Counted from the first letter of the stretch, positions 37,212 through 48,546 are shown. The stretch is DNA of 64,000 nt from Eutreptiella sp. 'Long Island Sound 2002' (GCA_964036045.1 OZ038379.1:2356001-2420000); one strand, 5' to 3'. The notes: generated by a model from the letters alone, not told the origin. Numbers and translations: made by a program.

Positions 37212-38114
37212 CTGGGCCCCGTGCTGCTCAACGGCGACGAGGAACGAGTTGCACTTGGTCCCAAAGGCCCCGAACACCCCCAGACTGGCCCCCGCCGCCT
37301 TCGTGTGCTCGAGGACCGAGAGATTGTACTCCCCCATGCGGCGGAGCACGGGGTCACCGGAGCGAGAGTCCATCGTGGCCATGATCTTGGACAGCCACGG
37401 CCCCGCCGCGCGCGACATGCCCCACAGCACCCGGCCCGTTATCAGATCCGTATGCAGCGGGGGTCGATCCGGGCGCTCCCGCAGCCGGGGCACCACCCAT
37501 CCCGACCGGCTCCGGATTGACAGGTGAGTCTGCGCCGCCACCTTTGCGATCTCCAGTGCGATGTCGGACCCGCTTTCGCCCATCCCCTGCAGTACCACCC
37601 GCTGGCCGCTGAAAGCCCTGGCGGTGCGGTAGTCGGCGGTGTGCATGACGCGGCCGGTGTAGCGGTCCTGCCCGGGAACGGGAGCGGAAACGGGTCGGGC
37701 ATGCGTCCCGCAGCAGATAAACAGATTGGAAACCGTCCATGCCTCGTCGCCCCGAGCTCCACTGGTCCGGATGGTCCAGCCACCGCCTCCCTCCCGGTGC
37801 GTGCGCTTGACCTCCAAAACGCTGGTATTGAGACGGATGTTGCGCCGGATGCCGAAGTGATCCACGTATTCCTCCAAATACTGCAGATACTCAGCCTTGG
37901 TCCAGAACGTAACCGGCGATTTGCTGGGGAAATCCGAAAAAGTGGTATGGGCCGAGGAGCTCGTCATCTGCAGAGTGTCCCACGCCCACAGGAACACGCC
38001 CCCGACTCGGGCCTGGCGTTCGAAGCAGATCGGGTCATAGCCCGCCTGCTTCAGTTCCTTGCACACCACCAGTCCGGAAGGGCCAGCCCCAATAACGGCC
38101 ACGAGCTCTGGCAT
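37212..38114 (-). CDS. FMO-class A monooxygenase fusion gene, exon 1 (class B flavin monooxygenase, FMO-like)
   Basis: First in-frame ATG at 38114. FAD motif GAGPSG, FMO fingerprint YTGRVMHTADY and NADPH motif GMGESG. Donor CAG|gtccgg, phase 0. Confidence 0.9.
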
Positions 38115-38216
38115 TGGGACAACGGCCGCAGCTGCGACAAGAAGGACAGGACGGAGCACGTGCCACAATGCCAAACTCCAAAAGCGCGGTCCGATGGGGT
38201 CACCACCGTTCGGACC

Positions 38217-38728
38217 GCTATTGGGGACGAGAGGACCGGGACTTTACTAAAAAAAAAATAGGAATTGTTTGCCCATAACATTTGCTACGCCAACTGCCGG
38301 CGGTTGACCACCGACGAACGCCATGTGACCGCCGAACCATGCCAAAACCGCCGGCGGTGAACTGCCATCCGCCAAACCGGTGTGTTGACTGTCCTTCACT
38401 GAAAAACAAAAAAGAAAAAACAAAAGAGTGCCCCCTAGTGTACTTGTGTTGCTCTGCCTCATGCGTGTGCGGCTGTTGTTGAACCAACACGGTCACATAG
38501 CACAATGCCAAAGCACGCGGTCCGACGGGGTCCTCGTCATAAGACAAGCGGGTTGTTGGTCGTCGGTCGTCGCCTCCGCAGGAGAGAGGGGAAGGCGGCT
38601 TTTCAATGTAGGGGAGTGTGTCAATAGAGCCACCCAACCGGACCCCCGCTCAATTGACGGGGCCCACAAAATCCAACCCGGACCAACCTCTGGGCCTTAA
38701 ACCTTCATCAGCCAATCTCGTGCCCAAA
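38217..38728. repeat. Direct repeat A, copy 1 (about 512 bp)
   Basis: Essentially identical to 39690-40200; the ORF track shows identical peptides in both. Confidence 0.9.
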
Positions 38729-39689
38729 GGGGGTGCCCACAGTCGCAAGCGGTCGCAGGCGGTCGCAGGCGGTCGCAGGCGGTCGCAAGCGCTTGAGATG
38801 CCCTTTTTTGGCCAGAAACCCCCTTTTGAGGGCTCCATGCAGTAGTACTGCGGCTTGTGACCCGTCTACGCACATATTTTCTTGTGCTCTTTGCCATGAA
38901 AGTAGTTTTCACCAAAATTTTATTTCAACCGAAAAAAACGGTTTTGTACCCGAAAGTAACAATTGCACAGGCAAATGACGTCATGGCTATGAAAAAAAGT
39001 GACGATGGGGTCTAAAGGACCAAATTTTGCTGCCGTGGCAAATCGGTTCCTATTCCCATTATTGATGTTTGTCGTCGTGCACGTAAGGCCCAAAAAGTAC
39101 TTCGTGACCTTCATGCAAAAGCTTGGCGCAAAAATGGGTATCCCCCGGTGGCGTCACAATTTGATGTGCCACCGATGGTTGCCTGCGTCTTGCGTTCTTT
39201 TCATAGCCATCGTCTAGCACCCGAGGAAGAGGGGTACAATGACCACTAGGCCGTCTCAAGGTCGCCGGCGTTGCAAGGCATCTTAAATGTTCGAAAAGAT
39301 AGGAATGAGCGCACGCGCAATGCCCTACAAAAGGCGGACAAACAAAAGGGGCAAGCGACAGATCCAATGGAAGCTAACAATTAAAGGTGCGTGTTCATTG
39401 TGCCAAGTGGCAAAAGGCCAAGGCTCCTTGCATCCAACCGCTTGAGTTGACAATGAGGCAGGCAACAAGCCATTGGCAATGCTACTATTTAGTGCAAGAG
39501 ACAATTGTGATATGTCTTTCCTTCAATGGGTTAATGCATTGCACACTTGGAGGGACGGAGGGAGGGAGGCAGGGCGGGTTGGAGGGATTGGGGGAGTGAG
39601 TGTATGGGTTATGCCATCTGTAGACGTGTACGAAAATTTTCTTAAGCGGTCGCAGGCAGTCGCAGGCGGTCGCAGGCGGTGGGCACCCC
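38729..39689. mobile_element. Probable non-autonomous TIR element with (GGTCGCAGGC)n subterminal arrays
   Basis: GGGGTGCCCAC / GTGGGCACCCC inverted ends and 10-bp tandem repeats at about 38742-38790 and 39645-39680. No short TSD. Confidence 0.55.
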
Positions 39690-40200
39690 GCTATTGGGGA
39701 CGAGAGGACCGGGACTTTACTAAAAAAAAATAGGAATTGTTTGCCCATAACATTTGCTACGCCAACTGCCGGCGGTTGACCACCGACGAACGCCATGTGA
39801 CCGCCGAACCATGCCAAAACCGCCGGCGGTGAACTGCCATCCGCCAAACCGGTGTGTTGACTGTCCTTCACTGAAAAACAAAAAAGAAAAAACAAAAGAG
39901 TGCCCCCTAGTGTACTTGTGTTGCTCTGCCTCATGCGTGTGCGGCTGTTGTTGAACCAACACGGTCACATAGCACAATGCCAAAGCACGCGGTCCGACGG
40001 GGTCCTCGTCATAAGACAAGCGGGTTGTTGGTCGTCGGTCGTCGCCTCCGCAGGAGAGAGGGGAAGGCGGCTTTTCAATGTAGGGGAGTGTGTCAATAGA
40101 GCCACCCAACCGGACCCCCGCTCAATTGACGGGGCCCACAAAATCCAACCCGGACCAACCTCTGGGCCTTAAACCTTCATCAGCCAATCTCGTGCCCAAA
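39690..40200. repeat. Direct repeat A, copy 2; supplies the stop codon of the upstream hydroxylase gene
   Basis: Identical to copy 1. TAA at 40169-40171 lies within it. Confidence 0.9.
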
Positions 40201-42052
40201 GCAACCCAAACCCCATAGGCCCAAGGTAAATTTCTTCATGTATCAAGAACTTGACCTTCTCCGGAATGTCCAATTCGTACTGGCGCGTAAGGACATTGTT
40301 GTTGCGCTTTCCGGCAGCAATTAAGTTGAAAATTGGTTCTTTCTTCCCCGCCTTCCGCCTCTCCTCCAGCAACTGGCCTATGCCGATCTTATGTTCCACC
40401 AACTTCGATTTCACGAGTTCCTCTTGACAAACGACTGTTGTGGTGCAAGTGGCAAGGCAAGGGCCGTCGGTGGATTGAACGTGCAATGTTACTGCACGAT
40501 CCACGAATGTCCGATGTTCTGTATGTTTGTCCGCTAGTAACCCAGGCTGAGGAGTGGCCCTTGTGGTTGTCATCACAGGCCTGACGACGACACTTGTGTT
40601 AGTGAAAGCAGACATGGTGCGTTGAAGTGTCCCGTTTGCACCCAATAAGACTCTTTCAATCGGGGAGAAGTTTGCAAGCAGTTGGTTGTTGCTCCAAGGG
40701 ACTCTAGTTGCAAGACCCCCGCTATTTGAGTCAACCTGTTGAGACTTGCAAGAAGTGAGCGGAGGAGAACCAGCTTGGCACTTTGACAATGCTTCGAGAA
40801 GACCTTTACGATAGCTAATGGGAATGAGAACTTTCGTTGGAACTTCCTTTTGAACTTGGTCCATAACTTTCTCTGGTAACATCTTCCGGCAAGCAAGTTG
40901 CACCGAAGTGGCCACAGGGCGGCGGTTTCTTTCGTATTCGTTTAAGGCCATGGCAACATTGCTCAATCCGTTGGTACCAGGTGCATTCTTCGTGTTACGT
41001 GAAAAAGACGATGCAAGTTCCACAGCATCAAGCAAGGCCGTAGATGCTCCATTGGAACCCACTGGATACATTGGATGGGCAGCATCACCCAAAAGTACGA
41101 CTCTCCCGTCACACCACGAATCCAGTGGGTTTTTGTCAGACATTGGAAACGCGCGAATGGAGACCGCATTGCAAAGCAATTTTCGATGGTCAAGAAAGGG
41201 CAACCGGAAGCCTCCATTCGCCTTCTCCAGCTCCTCAGCAATTTCCTCGGCAGCCAGTGTTTTTTTGTGGTGGAAGTCAAGGTGGTCTTGGATTGAATGA
41301 TCCTCGGCGAGTTCAACCATAAAGTTCAACGCCTGCTTTTGACATTGGGTCGCTGCCGTTGGTTTCTTGAGAGGGTAGCAAACTAGCTTTCCTTTCGAGT
41401 TTCCGGCCACAACTATTGTTTGTCCGTCGAGAACTTTGTCGACAATGGCTGTGCCGCGATATAGAGTAATTCCACAGGTGATTTGGCCCGTGTCGCTCTT
41501 TCCTTTCGCTCGAAGCACAGCTTTGCGGATTCTAGAAGAAATACCGTCAGCTCCAATAACGACTTCGGAATGCATATCAAATTGTCTCCCATCGGCATGC
41601 TTGCATCGAAGACAAACGCTTTGTTCGGTTTGAGAATACGCCACCCCTTGTACACCGCGTTGTATGGTGCCAGGTCCGAGTCTGTCTTCGACAGCTCGTT
41701 CGAGAATTTCATGTAGCACTGCACGGTGAATCGATATCTGTGGGAATCCTGTTGCGTCGGCAGCTAGCCCTCTTGGCGACTTTGCAATGAGACGTCCGTC
41801 GCTGGTATAGTATTGTTGCTTTGTAGGCGCCCACCCATTTGCAACAACCTCTTCCATCAAGCCAATCTCGTTTAGCGCCCAAAGGGCATGGGGTTGCAAA
41901 TTAAGGCCGGCTCCGCGCCCCGCAAAGCCCACCGTCGAATGCTCTAGAATATCTATGTTTAGTTCCTAGAAGGGTAAACTACGCTTGTTTGCGTGGAGAG
42001 CGAGGGCGGTCGCGAGGCCTCCAATTCCTCCGCCAATGATGCATATCCTCAT
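40169..42052 (-). CDS. Class A FAD-dependent aromatic hydroxylase fused to a C-terminal chorismate-lyase-like domain; in-frame TAG at codon 29 (41966-41968)
   Basis: ATG at 42052: MRICIIGGGIGGLATALALHANKRSLPF*ELNIDILEH...GAGLNLQPHA. Motifs PQISIHRA, GADGISS and GDAAHPMYPVGSNGAS. C-terminal FSPIERVLLGANGTLQR...IGIGQLL...P.FNL...LTRQYEL...IHEEI. No introns. Confidence 0.8.
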
Positions 42053-44667
42053 TGTGGGATTTCTTGTCACTTGGTTTCTACAAGAATAAGAGTGATAGTT
42101 CAGAGGAGTACGGAATCGGAAATCAATTCAACCTCCGATGCTGTGGAGCATTTGGCGCTACCTATGTTCTTACTTCAAGGTGCAAACGAGAAATATACCA
42201 CGAGGTATCGCAAATAATTGACGAAATAATCCTGTACCTACCGGACATTACAAGCCAAAACTCCTCGGGAGCTTGGCTCACAGGTGACCAAAGGTGGAGT
42301 GCAAGGCAAGCGAGAGCAACAAAGCAATAGTGAGGTCGCGTTCACTCGGTGGTCGGCGCCACCACTTGCGAGTATACATGTGCGTTATACAAACTCAAAT
42401 AGTGCTACCCGTCGTCTACGGGAACTCACTCCCTCTACGCTTGGCATCTTTATCAAGTCGTGCCCTCGGTCGGTTTCCTCTTTTTGAGGTTGGGTACGTT
42501 GGGCTCACTCCCTCTAGCCTTGGCATCTTTACCAAGTCGTGCCCTCCATCGCTTTCCTCTTTCTGGGGTTGGGCAAGGCTACAATGGGCTTCGAGTAATT
42601 GAGCAGGCAGCAAACGGATATGCCACCGTCCCCCTTGGCCTCGCTACGAGTCGTGGCATTCAAGCAGGTTACGAATGTGTTGCCCACTGTTGTAAAATGC
42701 ATAAAAAATTTCGAATCTGAACACCCTCGAAATTGTGAGATCCGGAAATCGTGGTAAGTGCTTAAAAATTTGCATCCCTGTTCCCAGCTGCATCATTTAC
42801 CAAAGTTGCTGAGTAAATCGAAAAGTACCTTTGTTTGCATGCGTAACATGCACTCAGGTACGCATAGGGTGAAGGAGCAAAGGCAACACGTGACAACGAA
42901 GCAGCACACGAAGGGGCGCCTTGTCTGGGGTTCCAGCGCTGGTACGTGGGGGTACGGTAAGTTTCCGGCCGGGGTGCTTCCTAACATCCAAGCAAATGAT
43001 CAGTCCCGATCGAATTTGGAAAATTTCAGAAACGGCACATTTTCGATTTATATGAGCTCAGATGTATTTTTCAGAGAATACCTCAAAATACTTGTGCTGG
43101 ATCTGTTTGTCAAACCCCAAAAATCGAAATATCATTTCTTGTGCACCTCGATGTCGTTGCCATCTGCAAATCCATCAGCATTAGGCCCTCACAATGATAC
43201 CTCATGACCCTAGATAACAAACACATCAAGGCCTTTATTGGCATCATGAACCACACTGCCGTACGATTGTTTCGCAATACACGTGGTTGGGTTGCCCCCT
43301 TATGTCGCGAATTGTTTCAAACGATTTGTTCGCAAACTTTGTCATCTTACCATCGTGTTGATTTGTACCATATTGCTACGCCGTGCATCGAGACATTCAA
43401 GCAAAAAAAAAACGGACGTTGGCTCCACCCGTTGTCACAAATTACGCAACCGCGTCCTCATACCTCCGTGCAAGTGTGGCGGAACGATGGAATTCATAGC
43501 AAGGAGAGCTAAACACGATTGAGATCAAGAAAACAAACATTCAATTGGAGGGGTAAAATGCACAACTTCGTGTGATTCTCCGATTGTTTGGGAAATGGGC
43601 ATTGAGGTCTCTTTTTGGGTTCGGTTCATTCGTCTCAACGGGTCCATCTAAATTTACATTACTCTCGGTTGTTGCATGGAAGGAATGTAGTGGGCCAACG
43701 AGTCACGCACGTCTGAAGGTCGGTGGAGTCTCATTTCAAGAAGCCGTTGCACGGGTGGTCGACGGAGTGCACGCGGTCGGCTGTACCGCTCCCAAAAACC
43801 ACTCCCCGATTCTAGATTTGAATGTGTTTCGGCCGTTGCGCCTCCCATTGTCTCGACATGGATACCCTTGCCGTTGTTACAACTGTTTTCCAACGTTTTG
43901 GACAACGGGGGAAGGGGGGGGGTGGCACATATTTAGATCCCGGCTTTCGCCTTCCTTTACAGAGATCGCCCTCTAAAATTCCGACGAGCGCATTTTGTGC
44001 CTATCTAGTATGAGGCATGTAGAGATCCGGCTATCGAGACCATCCTCCTTTTTCAAACTCAAGGGTGTCCTTCGTCCCGGGTCGCTCCTCCATCCTTCCC
44101 GAGTCCGCTCATCACCGCCCACATGCCCCCGTTGTGCTACATCTACGTCTTGCCCGAAAAATCGGGGTGCGGCTCCGCAGCCTTCCACATGCTTCGTTGC
44201 AAGTTTTATTTGTTGACTTACGTAATTGGAATCCAATTGCCATCAAATTCGATGGCGGTTGGCGTGAGCAAGTAGTCTTTGGCACCAATTAAATTAAACG
44301 CTGTACCAAACGAATGTGCTATGTTGTACGTCGACAAAGGCATTTCCGAGACCATGGGGGGGGGGGCGGGGTGGGGAATGGTCTGACACCTTAGTGTTTT
44401 TTGGTTTGCAACTGGCGGCGCCAATTACTGCCCTTCCCGGGGGCGGGCGGGGGGGGTGCGTCAACCTCATAACTCCTCGGAACATGATCCGGAATTCTAC
44501 GCAGTTACGCAATTAGGCTTGTTACGCAGTCACAAGCCTTGTGAGTCACATGCTGAATACGCAACAACAAGCTCATCTTCGAAGTCACCACTATCCTCCA
44601 AGGCAAGGTGGTGGGCAGCACAATCTCAACTCAACTCAAGCGTTATGGCGTTTTCTCTCAATTGGGG

Positions 44668-44708
44668 CGTGTGTGTGTGTGTGTGTGTTGTGTGTGTGTG
44701 TGTGTGCG

Positions 44709-44745
<37 letters not shown>

Positions 44746-44748
44746 CGT
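44668..44748. repeat. (GT)n microsatellite
   Basis: Direct reading. Confidence 0.95.
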
Positions 44749-44844
44749 GTCCCCTTCAAGCACCGGCCCGGACCAGGGTGTGTCTCGAACAAACGACGAA
44801 ATGTGCGCCAAATGAGCAACGTATTCCGCCTCTTATAGGCCACC

Positions 44845-46352
44845 ATGGACTGGAGCTTGCGGTTCGTAGCCGCGCAAATCGTGCACGGCACCTTTGTTGT
44901 GCTGCTGGTTGGAGTGCTCAGCCTCGTGTCGGCAGATGATACGGTTGTCATCAATCCCTCCGTGGAATGGGGGGAATGGGAGGGATGGGGTTGTTCATTG
45001 GCGTGGTGGGCGAGCGCGTTTGGGGACAACGATGACCTCGCGGACTTGCTTTTCACGGACAAGTTTGTCAACTTCAACGGCGCTCTGCTCCCGGGGCTCC
45101 AAATGAATATCGTCCGCTATGCGGCGGGCGCAAGCAGTGAGGTCCCGGCAAGCAACGGCGAGAGCATGTCACGGGGCCCAAACCTAAGTCGGCGAAAGCA
45201 GATCCACGGGTACTGGCTCACATGGGACAGCGACGATCCAGCGTCCTCGAGTTGGGACTGGAATGTAGATGCGCTGCAACGCACCATGATGGGGAAAGCC
45301 AAGGACCGGAACGCCAACCACTTTGAGCTTTTCTCCAATTCCCCCATGTGGTGGATGCTCTACAATCACAATCCTGCTGGGGGCAAACGGCACCACCCCG
45401 AGTTTTGTGGGAAGTGGAGCAGGCCGACCAGTTGTGTTGAAGGGAACTTGCAGAGTTGGAATGTCCGAAACCATGCCGTGTACCTCGCCACCATTGTGAA
45501 ATTTGCACGTGATTACTGGGGCATCGACTTCGCTTCCGTGGCACCATTCAATGAGCCTTCCGGTGGCTGGTGGCATGAAGATGGGAATCAGGAAGGCTGC
45601 AATATGTTGGTTGACACCCAGCAGCAGGTTATCTCGGGATTGTGGGAGGAGTTGCGCGTCCGTGGCCTCACATCGGTAGACATTGCTGCTTCTGACGAGA
45701 GCTCGTATGATGAGGCGCACCGTATTTTCAACGAATACGACACCGGCAGCAAGTCTCACGTGGGACAAGTCAATGTGCATGGGTATCAGTATGAAGGTGG
45801 TCGTCGTGATTTGTTTCATAACCTGGTCCACCAAGAGAGAAGGTAAGAGGCTCTGGAACTCGGAGTATGCTGACTGGGACGCAAGCGGGATGAAGATGGC
45901 CACCAACCTTCACCTGGATTTCCAGTGGTTGCATCCAACTGCGTGGTGTTACTGGCAACCTTTGGATATCGATGGATGGGGGCTCATGGAAGCTGACATC
46001 TTCACCCGCCAGATCAAGAAGGTCAACCTCAAATATTTTGTGTTGGCCCAATTTTCACGCCACATCTTGCCTGGAATGAGGATTATGGATGTGGGGCAGA
46101 GCAACACAGTTGCTGCGTATGCACCAGGCAAGCTTGTGATTGTCACCACGAACACTCAGAGTGCACGGTGGATAAGCTACGATCTCTCTGGTTTCTGGCG
46201 GGCGGAGGGCCCTATCACACGGTGGGCAACGAACTCCCATGGAGAGCAGTACACTCAACATCAAGACACCGTGTTGGATGACGGGGTATTTGAGTCCTGG
46301 TTCGACACACCAACTGTGCAGACTTTCGAGATTCATAACGTCTTCCTGTTTG
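44845..46352 (+). CDS. Secreted GH30 endo-beta-1,6-galactanase-like glycoside hydrolase, exon 1; frameshift near 45835
   Basis: Hydrophobic signal peptide. Motifs WEGWGCSLAWWA, FELFSNSPMWWM, acid/base PFNEP, NVHGY, and after the shift the nucleophile LWNSEY and KYFVLAQFSRHI. Donor TTTG|gtatgc, phase 1. Confidence 0.85.
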
Positions 46353-46785
46353 GTATGCATAGCCTTCATGCATGTGTCCAGGTACCTGTGCTGCAACACA
46401 AGGAACACCGCCAGAGGGTGGCTGTTAAGGTCTTGTCGGATACGAGGCAGCAATCTGTTGGCCGAGGCAGACAGTGCCTGCCACACCAGACAGTGGTGTT
46501 GTAGAAGCGTGGGTTTAAACTTGCCAGCACATGGGGTTCTGTGGGGTATATCGGAGGCATGCGGGCCTACTGAGACGCGCATTTGATGCCCAATGCCTTG
46601 CTCAGAAATGCGCACGCGTGGGCACGGTTTCATGGGGTGTGTTCCTGACCAAAGCCATGTTTCACCCGGATACCCCCGGGGCACCATGCAGGGTATCGCC
46701 TGCGCACATTTGACCGCTGCATTACGCACTCGGTTGAGGCGGTGACGTTTCAGCCGAGGTCATCCGTCATTCCCTGTGTTCCCAG

Positions 46786-46947
46786 AGCTGTCGAATGCGG
46801 GCCAAGATTGTTGGAGTGCCTGCGAGGGTTCCGGCCCGTGTTCGTGGTGTGGAAGTGGGAAGTGCTGCCGCAAAGATTGGAACGGAGGTGAAAACGGCTG
46901 TTCGGTGCACGAGGGCGGAGATGGACGGCACGTCTGCGTCGCAGGAG
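46786..46947 (+). CDS. GH30 gene exon: 8-Cys module 1
   Basis: cccag|AG...GGAG|gtgctc; 162 nt, phase 1/1. LSNAGQDCWSACEGSGPCSWCGSGKCCRKDWNGGENGCSVHEGGDGRHVCVAG. Confidence 0.75.
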
Positions 46948-48086
46948 GTGCTCCATACACACCCGCGCATTCTCCTGACCCCCCAACACCCCCTTCTTCT
47001 TCGCCTCCAGTTTCACGTTGCACGCCTGGAAGACACTTCGGTTTAATGAAGAGGTCGCCTTCGCCACTGTGCCTGAGCGACTCTGTCCACTGAATAGCAG
47101 CAACCCAGCGAGTAGCCCCTGTTCGTAGGCGAACAAATAGCGAACCAACGGTTCGCGAACCGTGTCACTGCAGTGTCCAATATCACCACTGATCCCAATG
47201 TCCAAAATCAGAAATGCCAGCCAACATACAACCGGCAAACCATAGAACAGCCCAAAGAACAGAGCTAAGAGTCAGGGTGCCGTCAGGCCGGCCAACTCAG
47301 AGTCGATGTCTGGTGTGGGAGCGATAGTATAGTTGGCCGTGTGTGTGCAGAGAAGTCTTGCAGACAAGTGCATAGCCGATCAGAGGGAATTGGACATGCA
47401 TTGCGCTTAACGTGCCCAGCGGGAGGGACAGCAACGGAAATCTTTAGTTCTGATATGGCACGTTCAATCCGGGCACCTCTTCCCGCACCTCCTCAAGAGC
47501 CCTATCCAACGAGGCCTTTAATGAAGTGGAAGGTGTCAGCGCCGAGGGGCGCGTGGACAGGGGTGGCAGCAGCACAATGGGACGGAGGGGTACAACGAGA
47601 GTGAAGGTATTCTCATGGGCAATGATCCGCCCACGCGGAGGACTGAAGACGGAATGTGTGCGTGTGTGCGTGTGCGTGTGTGTGGGGGGGGGCTTTGGGG
47701 TGCCATTGTATTGCGGCCATGAGGATCACACCAGGTGTCCTCAGATCCGTGCGGCAGGCGTGTGACGTGTGAAGGCATGTTGATGTGCTGTGGAAGAACG
47801 CAGTGGCCTTCCGTGTGGGATCGGGCGACAGGCAGAGACTCAGGACCTTTGCGGAGACGACGGCCTTTGAGCGCGTGTGGCCCCTTCAGAAACAAGAAAG
47901 AAAGACGGGGCTCCTAAACGAACCCGCTGATACCGTGGCGTCCATTACCACAGGGGGCGTCCGTGAGCGGGTTCTCATGCCTCCATGGACCCCTTTCCCG
48001 GATGTCGCTGGCCGCACACGAGCTCCGCTCTTGTTGACTGTTCCGTTCAATCTTTTGCCGATGCACTCATCCCTCGCTGTTCCCAG

Positions 48087-48248
48087 AGCTGCTGAATGCG
48101 GGCCAAGATTGTTGGAGTGCCTGCGAGGGTTCTGGCCCGTGTGGGTGGTGTGGAATTGGGAAGTGCTGCCGCAAAGATTGGAACGGAGGTGAAAACGGCT
48201 GTTCGGTGCACGAGGGCGGAGATGGACGGCACGTCTGCGTCGCAGGAG
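48087..48248 (+). CDS. GH30 gene exon: 8-Cys module 2
   Basis: cccag|AG...GGAG|gtactt; 162 nt, phase 1/1, open frame. Near-identical to module 1. Confidence 0.75.
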
Positions 48249-48546
48249 GTACTTCATGCATCTCCGTACTGCCTGCGGTGTGTAGTGGTAGCACACAGCT
48301 TCCTAACGATGCAGCCCGGGTTCAACTGCCAACCGTGGCTGAAGCTGGGGCAAGGGTGATCTGGCACTCCCATCGGGGACACCCGTCGCAAAGTCTGCCT
48401 GAACCTGAAGTGACGACACCCGTCCGCAGCAGATTTTTCGTTTCTTTTTTTCATTTTCCCTTGGGTCCTAGAAAGTGGAAATGATGGTAACAACTCCTAA
48501 CATCCCCCCGGTTTGGGACGGCAGGGCAGGGCAAGGTTCTCAGCAC

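Noticed and set aside
38115-38174. Signal-peptide-like LALWHVLRPVLLVAAAAVVP upstream of the FMO start
   Set aside because: It begins at TTG, with no in-frame ATG before the upstream stop at 38244. It would need an unseen exon, so it is left out of the CDS.
41845-41885. Similarity of CTTCCATCAAGCCAATCTCGT..GCCCAAAGGG to the end of repeat A (38700-38730)
   Set aside because: Short and gapped, and it lies within normal coding sequence; it cannot be distinguished from chance.
41966-41968. Genome-wide reassignment of TAG to an amino acid
   Set aside because: Only one TAG occurs in more than 2000 confidently coding codons in the window, too few for a sense codon. The other in-frame TAG is in a region that also has a TGA and frameshifts.
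45841-45870. AG|GTAAGA as an intron donor explaining the GH30 frame break
   Set aside because: Splicing here would remove the GKRLWNSEY nucleophile motif, so a frameshift is the better explanation.
47780-48000. Paralogous protein-like segments upstream of Cys modules 2 and 3 (also about 50900-50980)
   Set aside because: The differences between them are mostly non-synonymous and the phase-1 acceptors tested lead to stops. Treated as co-duplicated intron sequence.
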